A stretch of DNA of 63,682 bases, filler included, from Octopus bimaculoides (lineage: Eukaryota): NCBI RefSeq assembly GCF_001194135.2. It is 5 parts of 5 records of this genome, joined end to end, with 100 filler letters (N's around TTAATTAATTAA, not from the genome) between each part and the next. Parts side by side here need not be neighbours in the genome. Positions count along the whole stretch, not along the records: positions 22,784 to 50,818 come from NC_068981.1; positions 50,919 to 59,362 come from NW_026423612.1; 3 more parts are not named here. The stretch is one strand, 5' to 3'. The position numbers and the translations under genes were made by a program. Under the pieces are notes generated by a model, which saw nothing but the letters and a program-made list of their open reading frames with translations, had not been told where the DNA came from and ran no database searches. Below, piece by piece: positions 39,538 to 51,975 of this stretch. Each line of letters opens with the position of its first letter. The first letter of the stretch is position 1.

Positions 39538-40385
39538 TGTGAGATGCGAGCAAGTGCCAGTAAGGAAAGAGAGAGACACAACCGTTATATATATATAAAG
39601 AGTAAGTTTATTGGGGTAGTCAACTGTGTGTCTGTGTGTGCGTGCATGCGGCAATATAAGTAATACAATACATAAGACAGGCCTTCGTGTACAAGAGTGT
39701 GTATACAATAATATGTGTGTGTATGTGTGAGCGAGAAATACAGAGCATGGAATAAGAGTTTGTAACATAGACTATAAGAGTCCTGAACAGAAAGATAAGA
39801 AGGCACCAGTTCATAGAAGAGTTACACAGTAGGTAGAATGTCTGTACACAAGAGGTCGTGGCCGAATAGCAGAGCTGAGGTATCACATGTTGTGTGTGAA
39901 GTTGGGCGTCGATGCTGCGACCGGTTACTTGGTACAGAAGATTCTTGCAGGTTGTTCTGGCTGTTATTTTCGAGGTGGAAACAATCCACACAAACAGTGT
40001 TGAGACAGANNNNNNNNNNGAAGACAGTAGGACGGTGGTGTTGATGTCGTCGCTGGAAACTGGCTGGAGCTGTGCTCTGTGTGTGGTCTACGACTAGACC
40101 TGTGAGAGGTCTAAAGCCGTGACAAACTGGCGTGGATGAATCAGGACTATTTATAGATAAAAAGGGGCGCCAGAAACAGCAGAAAACACTCTCTCACGTG
40201 ACCTTAACAGAAGGCCACGATAGGTCGGTATGCACCCTGGCGCGAAACAGAACTGGTAACAAATGCCGCGCAAATAAGAGCCAATCAGGGCGATGGACAC
40301 AACAGAGTCCAAACGGCCGAAGGCTAGATGTTAGCCGCTACGTTATCATTTGTAAATAAATAACCGAGAGAGAGGTTTCACTACA
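39538..40385 (-). mobile_element. Possible solo-LTR-like element
   Basis: Minus strand TGTAGTG...TCACA, CCAAT (40281), TATAAATAG (40147-40155) and AATAAA (39607-39612) in LTR order; no TSD, PBS or PPT found. Confidence 0.4.
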
Positions 40386-41924
40386 ACCCATTCAGACACA
40401 ACTTCTCCTACAGTATGTTTGTCCTTCTAGCTGTCACGGCTGTTATAAGTACTGTGGTCAGCAAAGGGAAAGCCAGAGAGAGTCAGAAAGACAGAGACCG
40501 CGAAAAAGGTTCGGGACGCAGAGAGGCAGAGAGAATCAGAAAGGCTCTGGACAAAGAGACAACACACGAGATAGCCTACTACTTTCTCAGATGAACCACG
40601 CACACACAGACACAGAACATTTATTGAATATTAAACCATTTCAAGAACTTTGTGCAATGTTTTCGTTGAATTCAACTCTTAATGTTTAAGAGATGAGTAC
40701 CTCCATATTTAGAAGCCGATATGTTTTGAAGAAACCAACATGCCTTGGACACATTAAAATTTCGCTGCTCTACAACCGAAACAAAACCTTTTTTTATGGA
40801 GATTACCATAGATGGGTTACCTTCCATGAACATTTCTTTTCTCAAGATAAACCAATACAAAATCAAAAGACACCTTGGCTCCTTGTAATTTGTAGCATTT
40901 TTTCATTGACGNNNNNNNNNNNNNNNNNNNNNNNNNNNNNNNNNNNNNNNNNNNNNNNNNNNNNNNNNNNNNNNNNNNNNNNNNNNNNNNNNNNNNNNNN
41001 NNNNNNNNNNNNNNNNNNNNNNNNNNNNNNNNNNNNNNNNNNNNNNNNNNNNNNNNNNNNNNNNNNNNNNNNNNNNNNNNNNNNNNNNNNNNNNNNNNNN
41101 NNNNNNNNNNNNNNNNNNNNNNNNNNNNNNNNNNNNNNNNNNNNNNNNNNNNNNNNNNNNNNNNNNNNNNNNNNNNNNNNNNNNNNNNNNNNNNNNNNNN
41201 NNNNNNNNNNNNNNNNNNNNNNNNNNNNNNNNNNNNNNNNNNNNNNNNNNNNNNNNNNNNNNNNNNNNNNNNNNNNNNNNNNNNNNNNNNNNNNNNNNNN
41301 NNNNNNNNNNNNNNNNNNNNNNNNNNNNNNNNNNNNNNNNNNNNNNNNNNNNNNNNNNNNNNNNNNNNNNNNNNNNNNNNNNNNNNNNNNNNNNNNNNNN
41401 NNNNNNNNNNNNNNNNNNNNNNNNNNNNNNNNNNNNNNNNNNNNNNNNNNNNNNNNNNNNNNNNNNNNNNNNNNNNNNNNNNNNNNNNNNNNNNNNNNNN
41501 NNNNNNNNNNNNNNNNNNNNNNNNNNTATATATATTACCACTGATAGTGGACTAATAGTTTCAACGTCTTCTGGTATACTGAATAATATTTTATTCAAGC
41601 GATATACAAACATTAAAGTGAATACTAATTTCATGACGTCATAACGTATAGTTCCCCGTTCGAAGCTAAACTGAACGATTGCACACGAAGCATAACTTTT
41701 CCTACGGAATCAGAAGACCCTTGAATAGAGAAAGACTATACTTGCTACATCACCAACTGAGAGATGCTATATCTCCAGAGCCTTTGGGCCCACATGCTTA
41801 AAAACGAGCTCCTTATCTGTACACCCTTGCCAGAACACATACATACATACATACATACATACATACATACATACATACATACATACATACATACATACAT
41901 ACATACATACGTATGTATGCATGT

Positions 41925-42130
41925 ATGTATTATTTTTCTCTGAGTTTTAAGTTCTTGAGAGAGTTCAAGCCGGTTGCTAACAAAGCGACAAGAATTTTTG
42001 AGTTAAGAGAGCTCCTGGTGTTTGTAAATATGTGGTTGAGTTGGTGTGTTGGCTGAACTGCCGATGCATACGCCCATGTGTGTGCATCTATTCACATAAA
42101 AATCTCGGACGGAGAATTTTTGGAATGTCT
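41925..42130 (+). repeat. Unclassified dispersed repeat, copy 2
   Basis: Homologous to 38085-38310; abuts a family-A SINE at 42131. Confidence 0.85.
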
Positions 42131-42468
42131 TAGGCGTAGGAGTGGCTGTGTGGTAAGTAGCTTGCTTACCAACCACATGGTCCCGGGTTCAGTCCCACTG
42201 CGTGGCATCTTGGGCAAATGTCTTCTACTATAGCCTCGGGCCGACCAAAGCCTTGTGAGTGGATTTGGTAGATGGAAACTGAAAGAAGCCCGTCGTATAT
42301 ATGTATATATATATATATGTATGTGTGTATGTGTTTGTGTGCCTGTGTTTGTCCCCCCAACATCGCTTGACAACCGATGGTGGTGTGTTTACGTCCCCGT
42401 AACTTAGCGGTTCGGCAAAAAGAGACCGATAGAATAAGTACTAGGCTTACAAAGAATAAGTCCCGGGG
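42131..42468 (+). mobile_element. tRNA-derived SINE (family A)
   Basis: ggcgtaggagtggctgtgtggtaagtagc..gggttcagtcccact.., runs into a gap. Confidence 0.92.
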
Positions 42469-43446
42469 NNNNNNNNNNNNNNNNNNNNNNNNNNNNNNNN
42501 NNNNNNNNNNNNNNNNNNNNNNNNNNNNNNNNNNNNNNNNNNNNNNNNNNNNNNNNNNNNNNNNNNNNNNNNNNNNNNNNNNNNNNNNNNNNNNNNNNNN
42601 NNNNNNNNNNNNNNNNNNNNNNNNNNNNNNNNNNNNNNNNNNNNNNNNNNNNNNNNNNNNNNNNNNNNNNNNNNNNNNNNNNNNNNNNNNNNNNNNNNNN
42701 NNNNNNNNNNNNNNNNNNNNNNNNNNNNNNNNNNNNNNNNNNNNNNNNNNNNNNNNNNNNNNNNNNNNNNNNNNNNNNNNNNNNNNNNNNNNNNNNNNNN
42801 NNNNNNNNNNNNNNNNNNNNNNNNNNNNNNNNNNNNNNNNNNNNNNNNNNNNNNNNNNNNNNNNNNNNNNNNNNNNNNNNNNNNNNNNNNNNNNNNNNNN
42901 NNNNNNNNNNNNNNNNNNNNNNNNNNNNNNNNNNNNNNNNNNNNNNNNNNNNNNNNNNNNNNNNNNNNNNNNNNNNNNNNNNNNNNNNNNNNNNNNNNNN
43001 NNNNNNNNNNNNNNNNNNNNNNNNNNNNNNNNNNNNNNNNNNNNNNNNNNNNNNNNNNNNNNNNNNTATATATATACACGTATGTATATATATATACATG
43101 TATGTATATATATATAACTACAGATATACGTATATACTATACATTCATATATACATATACATATATAAACATATACATGTATATACTAAAGTGGGCGTTA
43201 ACGTACATGACGCAGTATAGCAAAATATTTCAATTAATTAAAGTTAATTAAATATGGAATGCAATATAAATACACATATACTCATGTGTGTGTGTGTGTG
43301 TGTGCATATATGTCTGCGCGTGTGAGGGGGTGTATCTATGTTTGTATACATACTCCTGCACGCGCATACATACGTGTGTTCATACATAAACATATATGTG
43401 TATGTATGTGTGTATATATATGTATATACACTCACACACACACACA

Positions 43447-43521
<75 letters not shown>

Positions 43522-43529
43522 CATGAATC

Positions 43530-43915
43530 ATCATCATCATCGTTTAACATCCGCTTTCCATGTTGGTATGAATTGGACAGTTTGACTGAGGGCTGGCGAG
43601 CCAAAAGGCTGCACCAGGCTCCAATCTGATCTGGCAAAGTTTCTACAGCAGGATGCCCTTCCTAATGCCAACCACTCCAAGATTGTAATGGGTGCTTTTA
43701 CGTGCCACCGGCATGAGGGCCAGTCAGGCGGCACTGGCATCGGCCACGCTCAAATGGTACTTTTTACGTGCCACCTGAACAGGAGCCAGTCCGGCGGCAC
43801 TGGTAACGAATACGCCCGAATGGTGCTTTTCACGTGTCACCGGCACGGAAGTCAGTCAGCGGCCCTGACAACCATCATGCTCGAATGGTGCTTTTAACGT
43901 TCCACTGATACGGGT
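43530..43915 (-). mobile_element. LINE (probably RTE) 3' UTR with internal ~66-bp tandem units
   Basis: Reverse complement of 58845-59068 ending gttaaacgatgatgatg; acgtg.cacc units at 43700, 43766 and 43832. Confidence 0.75.
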
Positions 43916-44539
43916 GCAATATAGAAAAATAACATCAGCAGGCGAAGGTGAAATTGTTAGATTTCTACTCGTTAATCTCATCAGTAGCAAATATCCACGT
44001 CATCTTATATCAAGCAAACATCAGCTGCTTGCTGATAGTTTAACCGTGACTCAAAGTTCACTAAAGCCGCATTTAGCCGGCAAGCTGATCAAAGATTCAT
44101 TATTAGCAATTCTTTTCCACTAAACTCTCAACGAGCTACTTTCCAAGTCCCGTGATGTTAGCCACCTCGTTATTGCAAAATTAACCAATGGATGCAATTC
44201 GACACTCGGCAGTTAAAAGACGTTACCGAAGGGATATGGTGTAAGATTCAAAAGTTGTATGTATGTATGTATGTATGTATGTATGTATGTATGTATGCAT
44301 GTACGTATACTGTTTTCTGCGTTTAATTATCAATAATCTTTCTCTGCGGAAGGAGCTGGTTTCTGACAGATACGAAGCACTGTCGTTGGAATGGAGATAA
44401 CAAAAACAAATTCACATTTTAAGTTTGAGAAAAGTTTTTCATATTTTTACTGTTGCACTCACAATCTGTATTTGTAAAGTGCGAATTAGGTGATTGATCT
44501 CTTTTTCTGAAATTCTGGAGTATCCAGATTGAGGCTTAG

Positions 44540-45095
44540 GCATTTACTTAAAAAAAACAATAAACCACTTGTTTTTGGTATAAATATGAATTTATAACCT
44601 TGATATAGAAGCTGGTGGTTTTGAAGCAGTTGTCCGTAGTTATCTTCTTTCTCTTTGAGATATTCGTCTCAGCAGAAAACAGCATACATACAGACTTATA
44701 TGGTGGTACATACTTTTTATTGACTGTCCCATATAACAATATCCTGCTTGTTATGTTTACACTTGATGGATGTTTTGATAGGAATGTTCCACCAATATTG
44801 TGAATGTGTTCAATAACAGGAAGATTCTCTATATTTATACCGAGACAATGTTTTTTTGAATGGTGAATGGCATTTGTATTGTTTTAGCAATGTCATGTTG
44901 CTTTGAGAGAGATATTACCTTCATGACATTTTTGGGTGATTGCTAATCACATGTGATGTCTTCCACAGAAATATGACATAATCTGCATTTTCAGTTGCAT
45001 TTTGGAGCTCCAAGGGCTTCACTGTCTCTTTTATTTGCTAGGTGTTTCATAGCAATTTCCGATTCTTGGATTGCAAATGCATAGCCTTTGAAAGG
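44540..45095 (-). mobile_element. Degenerate RLE-type (R4/NeSL-like) LINE C-terminus
   Basis: GYAFAIQESEIAMKHL..KCRLCHISVEDIT (CCHC region), then WWNIPIKTSIKCKHNKQDIVIWD (restriction-like endonuclease region) across frameshifts. Confidence 0.75.
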
Positions 45096-45159
45096 TTATG
45101 TGGTGTAGCGGTCACGAGTCTAAGACTTCATTTCTATATTACTGTCTTTTTTCTTATGT

Positions 45160-45285
45160 GATGAATTCAAATATCGCCGAGGTCGACTTGGCCTTTCTTT
45201 CATCCTTTTTGGGTCGAGGAAATAAGTACCAGTCGAGCACTGAGATCGATGTAATCAATTATCCCCTTCCCCCAAAATTTCAGAT
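45160..45285 (+). mobile_element. Family-B SINE fragment
   Basis: gaattcaaatatcgccgaggtcgacttggcctt..aagtaccagt..gatcgatgtaatc. Confidence 0.8.
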
Positions 45286-46445
45286 ATTTTACTGTCTTCT
45301 TGATATCTTCGGGAAATATTCCTGTGCATAATCACTTTCTATGCTGAGCATTTCACATCCAGGTCTTCTTTGTGGTATGTTAAACCGGCTGTTTTGCGGT
45401 TGTATGGGAGATAATCAGGAAAAGAGTGCTTCCTGAAAAGCTCACTGCCGACACGTAGGCTGCTGTTCTCTTCATTTTCATGCATGCATGCATGCATGCA
45501 TGTATGTATGTATGTATGTATGTATGTATGTATGCATGTATGTATGGATGGATGGATAGATAGATGATAGATAGAGAGGGGGTGATAGCATTTAATTTTC
45601 TGTTTTCTTTTAAGTTCTTTCTGCACTTGAATACCATTAAATTAAGATACTCAAATTTTCAATGTTAAACCTCAAAAATAATTTTGAATTATTTTAGAGT
45701 TGTATAGTATATTTATTTGTACTTAGTTGCTTCACTAATTATAATTATAATTTGATAAAACAGATAGGGCTTTAATTTAGGGCCCTTGTATAATGTATTC
45801 TACAAATCCCGCATTATGTGGTATGACTAATGTCAATCCGAACCAATGATCCTTTGGCCCGTAAATTCACATCTTACCGACTCATTTACCTACTTATCGT
45901 TCATTGATAAATACTTCTGATTATGAAAAGTTAAGTAATTGACCTAATCAAATATTTAGTGAAAAAAAATATTAAGATATCGTTGGAGAAGTATATTATT
46001 AAATATTATTAAAGAATGTAAGCTGTTAACACCACCTAAGATTTTTAACATATTCCAAGAATTTTGAACTTGTCTCAAAAATTTCTCAAACAATTATTCC
46101 GGGTGTAGGTTAATTTAACTTCATATTTCATAATTCGTTTAATTAATTTTAATTTTTTGATGGAGTAAGAGTTAGGCTTCTAAAGAGCAATGTCGTAGAT
46201 GCTGTTTCAATACCTGACAAAAGCCAATTCGTTTCTCTTATGTTGCTAGTCTCCTTGAGAAAGGCATGAACAACACATATTCTCATTACCGTTTTTTCAT
46301 AAAATATTGTCTTATGTGTTTAGTGATAAAGAAATTAGTTATACATAACAGATCGTTAATAACATCATTACACACTAATTGTTTATCTTTATAAGACTGA
46401 AAGTCGATTCTTTTACATACACACACACACACACACACACGCACG

Positions 46446-46484
<39 letters not shown>

Positions 46485-46514
46485 ACATACATAATAGATA
46501 ATATATAATTTAGG

Positions 46515-46690
46515 GGTGGGGTAAGCCGTTTACATTAACCCCAGTGTTCAATTGATACTTATTTTATCAACTCCGAAAGGACAAAAAGCAGAGCCGACAT
46601 CGGCAGAATTTGGACTCAAAACGTTAAAATGGACGAAATGCCGATAAGCATTTTACCCGGCGTGCTAACAATTCTTCTCGTCGCCTTAAA
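46515..46690 (-). mobile_element. Family-B SINE
   Basis: Diverged match to the other family-B copies. Confidence 0.8.
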
Positions 46691-46999
46691 CTGATATCTA
46701 ATAATATAAGGGGGAATTTAGTCAAACTGAGAAAATTTCTTCTCATCAGAAATTAATGTTGCCTGGTATTCAACATAAAATGTTTATTGAAATACTATGA
46801 TCTTGTGGGATACCGAAAATGGGGTTCTACTTCATAAGTAACCTAAACTTTTCACGCCTACTAAAAGGGTATTCCATGAAAGCGTCATTTGACAGTAGTA
46901 AATAATAATTTTATTCTCCTTTGAAACAAGGATAATATTGTAAAATTCTAACACAAATATATCTCTTTATACTGCATTGTCTCATATTAGAAACCTACT

Positions 47000-48475
47000 T
47001 ATGTGACGCTTTTGCCTGAGTATAAAGACCCTGTATTTTAGAAGAGGAGAAAAGGGTTATTCGAGGCGTTGGTCTCTTTTTGCAACGCATGCGATGTGAA
47101 TGAAGTAAAATGCTTTCAACCACGTCACAAACTCACTTTCCTTAAAAGGTGCGTCACGTTTTAAGCAAATTGTCGATAATCGGAAATAAATTATGATTAA
47201 ATGAACTTGCGTGTTCACTGTTGTTTGGTGGACAGCTATCACCGAGTTTAAATGCTACAAAAGCCTCAATAATTAGTCTCAGACGAAAATTAGCACAATA
47301 AAAACTACGGTTTTTGCGATTCTCATAAAAATATTATACAGGAAAAAGGTTCGGAAAAAAAAAAGATTGTATCATGACATATGTCACAAAAACTATCCAT
47401 GCATGCAGCTATTTGACCTGGTAATATTCTAAGTTATACGAAGTCGTCAAGCTGGCAGAATCGGTAGTACACCGGCCAAGGTGCTTCGTGGAATTTCGCC
47501 CGTCTTAACGCTCTGAGTTCAAATACCACCGAGGTTGACTTTGCCTTTCGTCCCCTTCGGGTTCGATAACTTAAAACAAGTACAGGTTGAATGTTTGGCG
47601 GGGTAAGCGTAATCAACTTACGCCTCTTCTAAAATTGTTGACCTTATGCTAAAATTTTAAATTATACAGAAAATATGAAACCTTTTATATATCTGGTTGC
47701 TGCATCAGATTTATAAACCAAAACATAGTTATGTGGCGAAGTCTAATGCTGTTATACTCGTTGTTGACCCATATATTAGCAGTTTACTTTTGTCACCAAC
47801 TCTCTCACACCAAACAATCTGGCCTCAATAGTAATGGTTTCGTCATTGCGCAAAAAGTGTTCATCGAGCCGGATGCATTGATATCAAGAGACGAATCTCC
47901 GTCATCGAACTTTTTTATTAACTGGTGCAGCAAACGATCATATGTCCTAATGAACTGGCATCGACAGATATGTCGACCTTTCGGGCCAGTTAGCTACCGT
48001 GCTTGCTTGCTTTCTCGACAAACATTCCTGCATCATTACTTTAGTAAACAAGCAGCAACTCAAACTGATTTTAAAATAACGAATGTCGCTAGCGAAAGCC
48101 CAGCTGAAAAAGGCAGAATTGGTCAACACAGCCCACAACTGCATTGTTCCGATCAATACAGAAAAGGTACAAGTAGAAAGTGTTTCTGATAGTCGACTTG
48201 ATAATGGTAGTCAAAAGAAAGTACAGCCGCAATAGCCAGCAAAGCCGCTAACGAAGGTTAACGTTCCAATTTTGAGACTAGCAATTCATATACTGTTTTT
48301 GACAGCAAATCAGATACTGTCATGTTAAAAAGTGGCCAGCTCAACTATCATGGCGCCAGAAAGCGGCTGTGGGATCGAACCCGAAAAATAACTGCCATGA
48401 GCTCACCTCTTACTAGACTCGCATACCCGACCTCTTCAAACCAACGGTTTTTTCACCTGTAACATCTAACAGTAG
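47000..48475 (+). promoter_or_regulatory. CpG-enriched stretch (unique apart from one SINE); candidate promoter or first-exon region
   Basis: Higher CpG density than the flanks, CRE-like half-sites (cacgtca, gcgtcacg), possible donor TAG|gtatat at 48475; lies upstream of the + exons. Confidence 0.3.
47445..47640 (+). mobile_element. Family-B SINE
   Basis: aagctggcagaatcggtagtacaccgg..tctgagttcaaataccaccgaggttgactttgcc. Confidence 0.85.
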
Positions 48476-49267
48476 GTATATTTTCTCCTAAAAATATACA
48501 CACACATATGCACGCGCACACACATGCGTGTGTCTGTGTTTGTGTGTGTATACTCATGCACAACTCATCAACAGAATGGTAGGACGCAGTACACATCCTT
48601 GTCTCGGTTTATTTGTAACAATTATATTTTCTGTAAAGTGCTATTTCTGTATCTTATTTCTTCAATATCGAAAGTGAAGCTTCATATCATGTGCACTATT
48701 TATAGCTGTCCGTAAAGCCTATCACATCTACATTGTTATACTAAATAGTAGAGAATGTAGATAAATCACTGCTAAGTATTATCCTGCAGTTTTGTTAACT
48801 GTAGACTGAATTTATTATTCTCTATAACAATAATTAGGAATATTTAAGATATTCCTTTTATTTAATAAAAAAATTTAATCTAGAACATTTACTTTACTAA
48901 TTATGGACCTAAGAACAATATGCATGACACTCGCTAAAACGTTACATAAATTATATGCAATCTGCTTTTTCAATTGTCTCCCATAATCAAGCTGATACTC
49001 TGTCTGTCGTTCGTATTCTGGAGATGTGATGTGTCCATGTCCGTGACACGTCTCCGTGGCTTAATCCACTTGCTTATGTCTCCGTGGTTTAAACCTCCAT
49101 ATTACTGACACTATTTTGCTTATCTCAAAGAAATGAAATTTAAAGTCAGTCCTGATAGAATTTTTGCTTCTGTATCGAGAAGCACGGAACTAAAAGCCAC
49201 ACTCTCCATAAACTTTTTAATGTACTTAAACTCAAAGTATATTCTTCGTTATTGGACATACATACAG

Positions 49268-49346
49268 CTGATTCTTCAACACTAGAAATTACAAAGGAAT
49301 TAAATGATGTAACTTCAAACGTTAATCCTGGCGTTATATTCCAAGA
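49268..49346 (+). CDS. Internal coding exon of an unidentified gene (may extend 5' to 49159)
   Basis: catacag|CT GAT..CAA GA|gtatgt encodes DSSTLEITKELNDVTSNVNPGVIFQE. Frame open back to 49159. Phase-2 donor matches the next exon. Confidence 0.6.
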
Positions 49347-49394
49347 GTATGTCACTACCAGTATCCACTTGTAATTTAGTATTTATTCCGTTTA

Positions 49395-49605
49395 GGCTGC
49401 GAGCTGGCAGAAACGTTAGCACACCGGGCGAAATGCTTAGCAGTATTTCGTCTGTCTTTATGTTCTGAGTTCAAATTCCGTCGAGGTCGAGATTGTCTTT
49501 CATCCTTTCAGGATCGATAAATTAAGTACCAGTTGCATACTGGGGTCGATAAATTAAGTACCAGTTGCATACTGGAGTCGATCTAATCAACTGGCCCTTC
49601 CCCAA
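49395..49605 (+). mobile_element. Family-B SINE with an internal 28-bp duplication
   Basis: ggctgcgagctggcagaaacgttagc..; gataaattaagtaccagttgcatactgg occurs twice. Confidence 0.88.
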
Positions 49606-50536
49606 TTTCAAAATTCCGATTTTTGGCAGTTTTCCGAAATCTCCGTATCCGAAAAGCTGGGATTTTAGCAAAAAAAANNNNNNNNNNNNNNNNNNNNNNN
49701 NNNNNNNNNNNNNNNNNNNNNNNNNNNNNNNNNNNNNNGGGGGGGGGAGTCTTTCCGAAAATAGTAGCTGAAAAACAGGAAAAAAAAATAATAAAAAGCA
49801 GTAGAAATGCACAAACGATTATGGTGGTGTCATGAAGTAAACGTGCTTCAGATACACTCATTTGTTCGTACGAACGTAACTGAGATGAAATATGTCATAA
49901 ATAACAGTGACAAACGAAATATACACCGCCGGACGTAATTACCGGAAGCAGTAATTTTATTCAGCTGAACACACGCCATTGATTGGTTGAAATTACCGAA
50001 ATGTGACAACTTTAACACGAAATAACTTCGTAAATAGAAACTTTTCTCAACAACGCTAAGAGTAAAAGATGTTCTATATGACACATTCTACCAGTATCCG
50101 AAGTTTCAAAATATTTAGTTAAGAAAATTAATTAATCGAGCTGCCCATGATAAGGAAAAGATTCAAAGCTTAAATCAGCTGCGCTCGATGCTCGGCCAAC
50201 TGTTTAAACGATGCAGTTCCCGTCGAGTTAGAAACAGGAATAGTGATCTGGATATTTGTAACTGTTGACAAAGAAAAAGAAATATCTGCTATACAATGGT
50301 CCTTCGCGCAAGGTTAGCCTGCGTATGTGGTAGAAAGTAAGACAATAAGAACGGCTTAAAAAACGATTCTTCCAATGAGTTATTTGCCAACTGCTTCATT
50401 CTTGAACTATTAAGAGGACTTTTTATCCACTAATTCATTCTCCTAATCATGTTTATGGATGCCGTTTTAAAATTTTACGCTGAGTGCAGGAGGAAGCACA
50501 CTAACAAAATAATTAGAAATATATATATATATATAT

Positions 50537-50806
50537 GAGCGTTCACTCCTTAGTAGGGGCCTCCGCTTCACGCCTCTCACGCCCCACTGTCACGAATTCG
50601 GAACGCGCACTGATGTCAGCCAGTTCATGCGCCGCATCAAACTGTGCGCGTTCTTCCATACGTCAACACAGCGTCCCAACAATCGGGACTACTTCTCGGA
50701 CCTGGGACGCCGCTCATCCAACTGGACGCCGCCTCTAGGCCAATTCAGTAGCCTAGGCTTGTTCGTGGATGACTGTAAAGCGTTGGTCGAGCGTTTCGAC
50801 TTTTAA
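50537..50806 (+). mobile_element. Penelope-like element ORF N-terminal fragment
   Basis: ERSLLSRGLRFTP..DVSQFMRRIKLCAFF..SSNWTPPLG..LFVDDC matches the PLE N-terminal LLSKGL.F.P / F.RR..L..FF / S.WTPP pattern; begins at (TA)n. Confidence 0.8.
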
Positions 50807-50918
50807 AAAAGATCCCTCNNNNNNNNNNNNNNNNNNNNNNNNNNNNNNNNNNNNNNNNNNNNTTAATTAATTAANNNNNNNNNNNNNNNNNNNNNNNNNN
50901 NNNNNNNNNNNNNNNNNN

Positions 50919-51302
50919 GTGTCGCCCGCACATGCGCCAGTCCAGGGGCACTGGCAACGATCCCGCTCGAAAGATTTCATGTATCGCCCGCACATGAGCC
51001 AGTCCAGGAGCACTGGCAACGATCTCGCTTGAAAATCCTACAACGGCCCCGCACAAGAGCCAGTTCAGGGGCACAGGCAACGATGTTGCTCGAAACATTT
51101 CATGTGTCACCCGCACAAGAGCCAGTCCAGGGGCACTGGCAACGATCTCACTCGAAAGATTTCATGTGTCGCCCGCACATGAGCCAGTCCAGGGGCACTG
51201 GCAACGATCCCGCTCGAAAGATTTCATGTGTCGCCCGCACATGAGCCAGTCCAGGGGTACTGACAACGATCCCGCTCGGAAGATTTCATGTGTCGCCCGC
51301 AC
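50919..51302. repeat. 62-bp GC-rich minisatellite, ~6 units
   Basis: Unit gtgtcgcccgcacatgagccagtccaggggcactggcaacgatcccgctcgaaagatttcat. Confidence 0.95.
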
Positions 51303-51319
51303 TATGCGGCCTTGGTATC

Positions 51320-51975
51320 ACTGGAAAGCTGGGAGAGTGGCTGCATGACTTTTTAAAGGATAGATTTTAGGCAGTTGCAGCCAATGATGATCTCTCTGCG
51401 GAGACATCAATCCAAAATGGAGTTCCTCATGGAACTGTACTGAGACCACTACTGCTTTTAGTGGCTCTCTCAGACATGTCATCTGTCATACAATCAACCA
51501 CTCTCACCAGCCTCTTTGATCAGCTACACTGATGATACAGAAACATCTCAGGCAGTCAAGGACCCTGATAACATAGTAAAACTGCACAATTATCTGCATG
51601 TAATATACAAATGGGCTGATGAAAATAACATGCAGTTCAATGCTGATAAGTTCAAGTACTCTGCTATCATCTCACAAACAGATTACAATTGGAATGTATA
51701 AAGATCAGGAGGCAGTGTAATCCCAAAGTTAGAATCGGTGCATGACCTGGGAATCCACATTAGCAGTGATGCAACATTTTATGTGCATATTGCCAGGGTG
51801 GCAACACTGTGCAGGCGAGCAGCTGGATGGATCCTTAGATCATTCAAAACCAGAAATGAGGATACCTTGCTACTCCTATGGAGGACATCTGGATTACTGC
51901 TCCCAGCTGTGGTCACTGCAAAACATCAAATTGGTGGCAGAACTTGAAGCAATTCAGTGCCAATGCACAAAGAAG
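51320..51975 (+). mobile_element. CR1-group LINE RT fragment
   Basis: GVPHGTVLRPLLL, YTDDT, IYKWADENNMQFNADKFK, GWILRSFKTR. Confidence 0.9.

Noticed and set aside
43950-43990. Minus-strand CTGATGA..GAAAT (and a similar string at ~46744)
   Set aside because: No stem I or II complementarity; chance match.
48330-48395. B-box-like GGTTCGATCCC on minus suggesting a tRNA
   Set aside because: No cloverleaf or A-box could be built.
50919-51302. Regular repeats as a possible CRISPR array
   Set aside because: Contiguous tandem units without unique spacers, in a eukaryotic context.
51525-51550. CTGATGA...GAAAC hammerhead-like string
   Set aside because: It lies in CR1 RT coding sequence (YTDDTET), and stems I and III do not pair.
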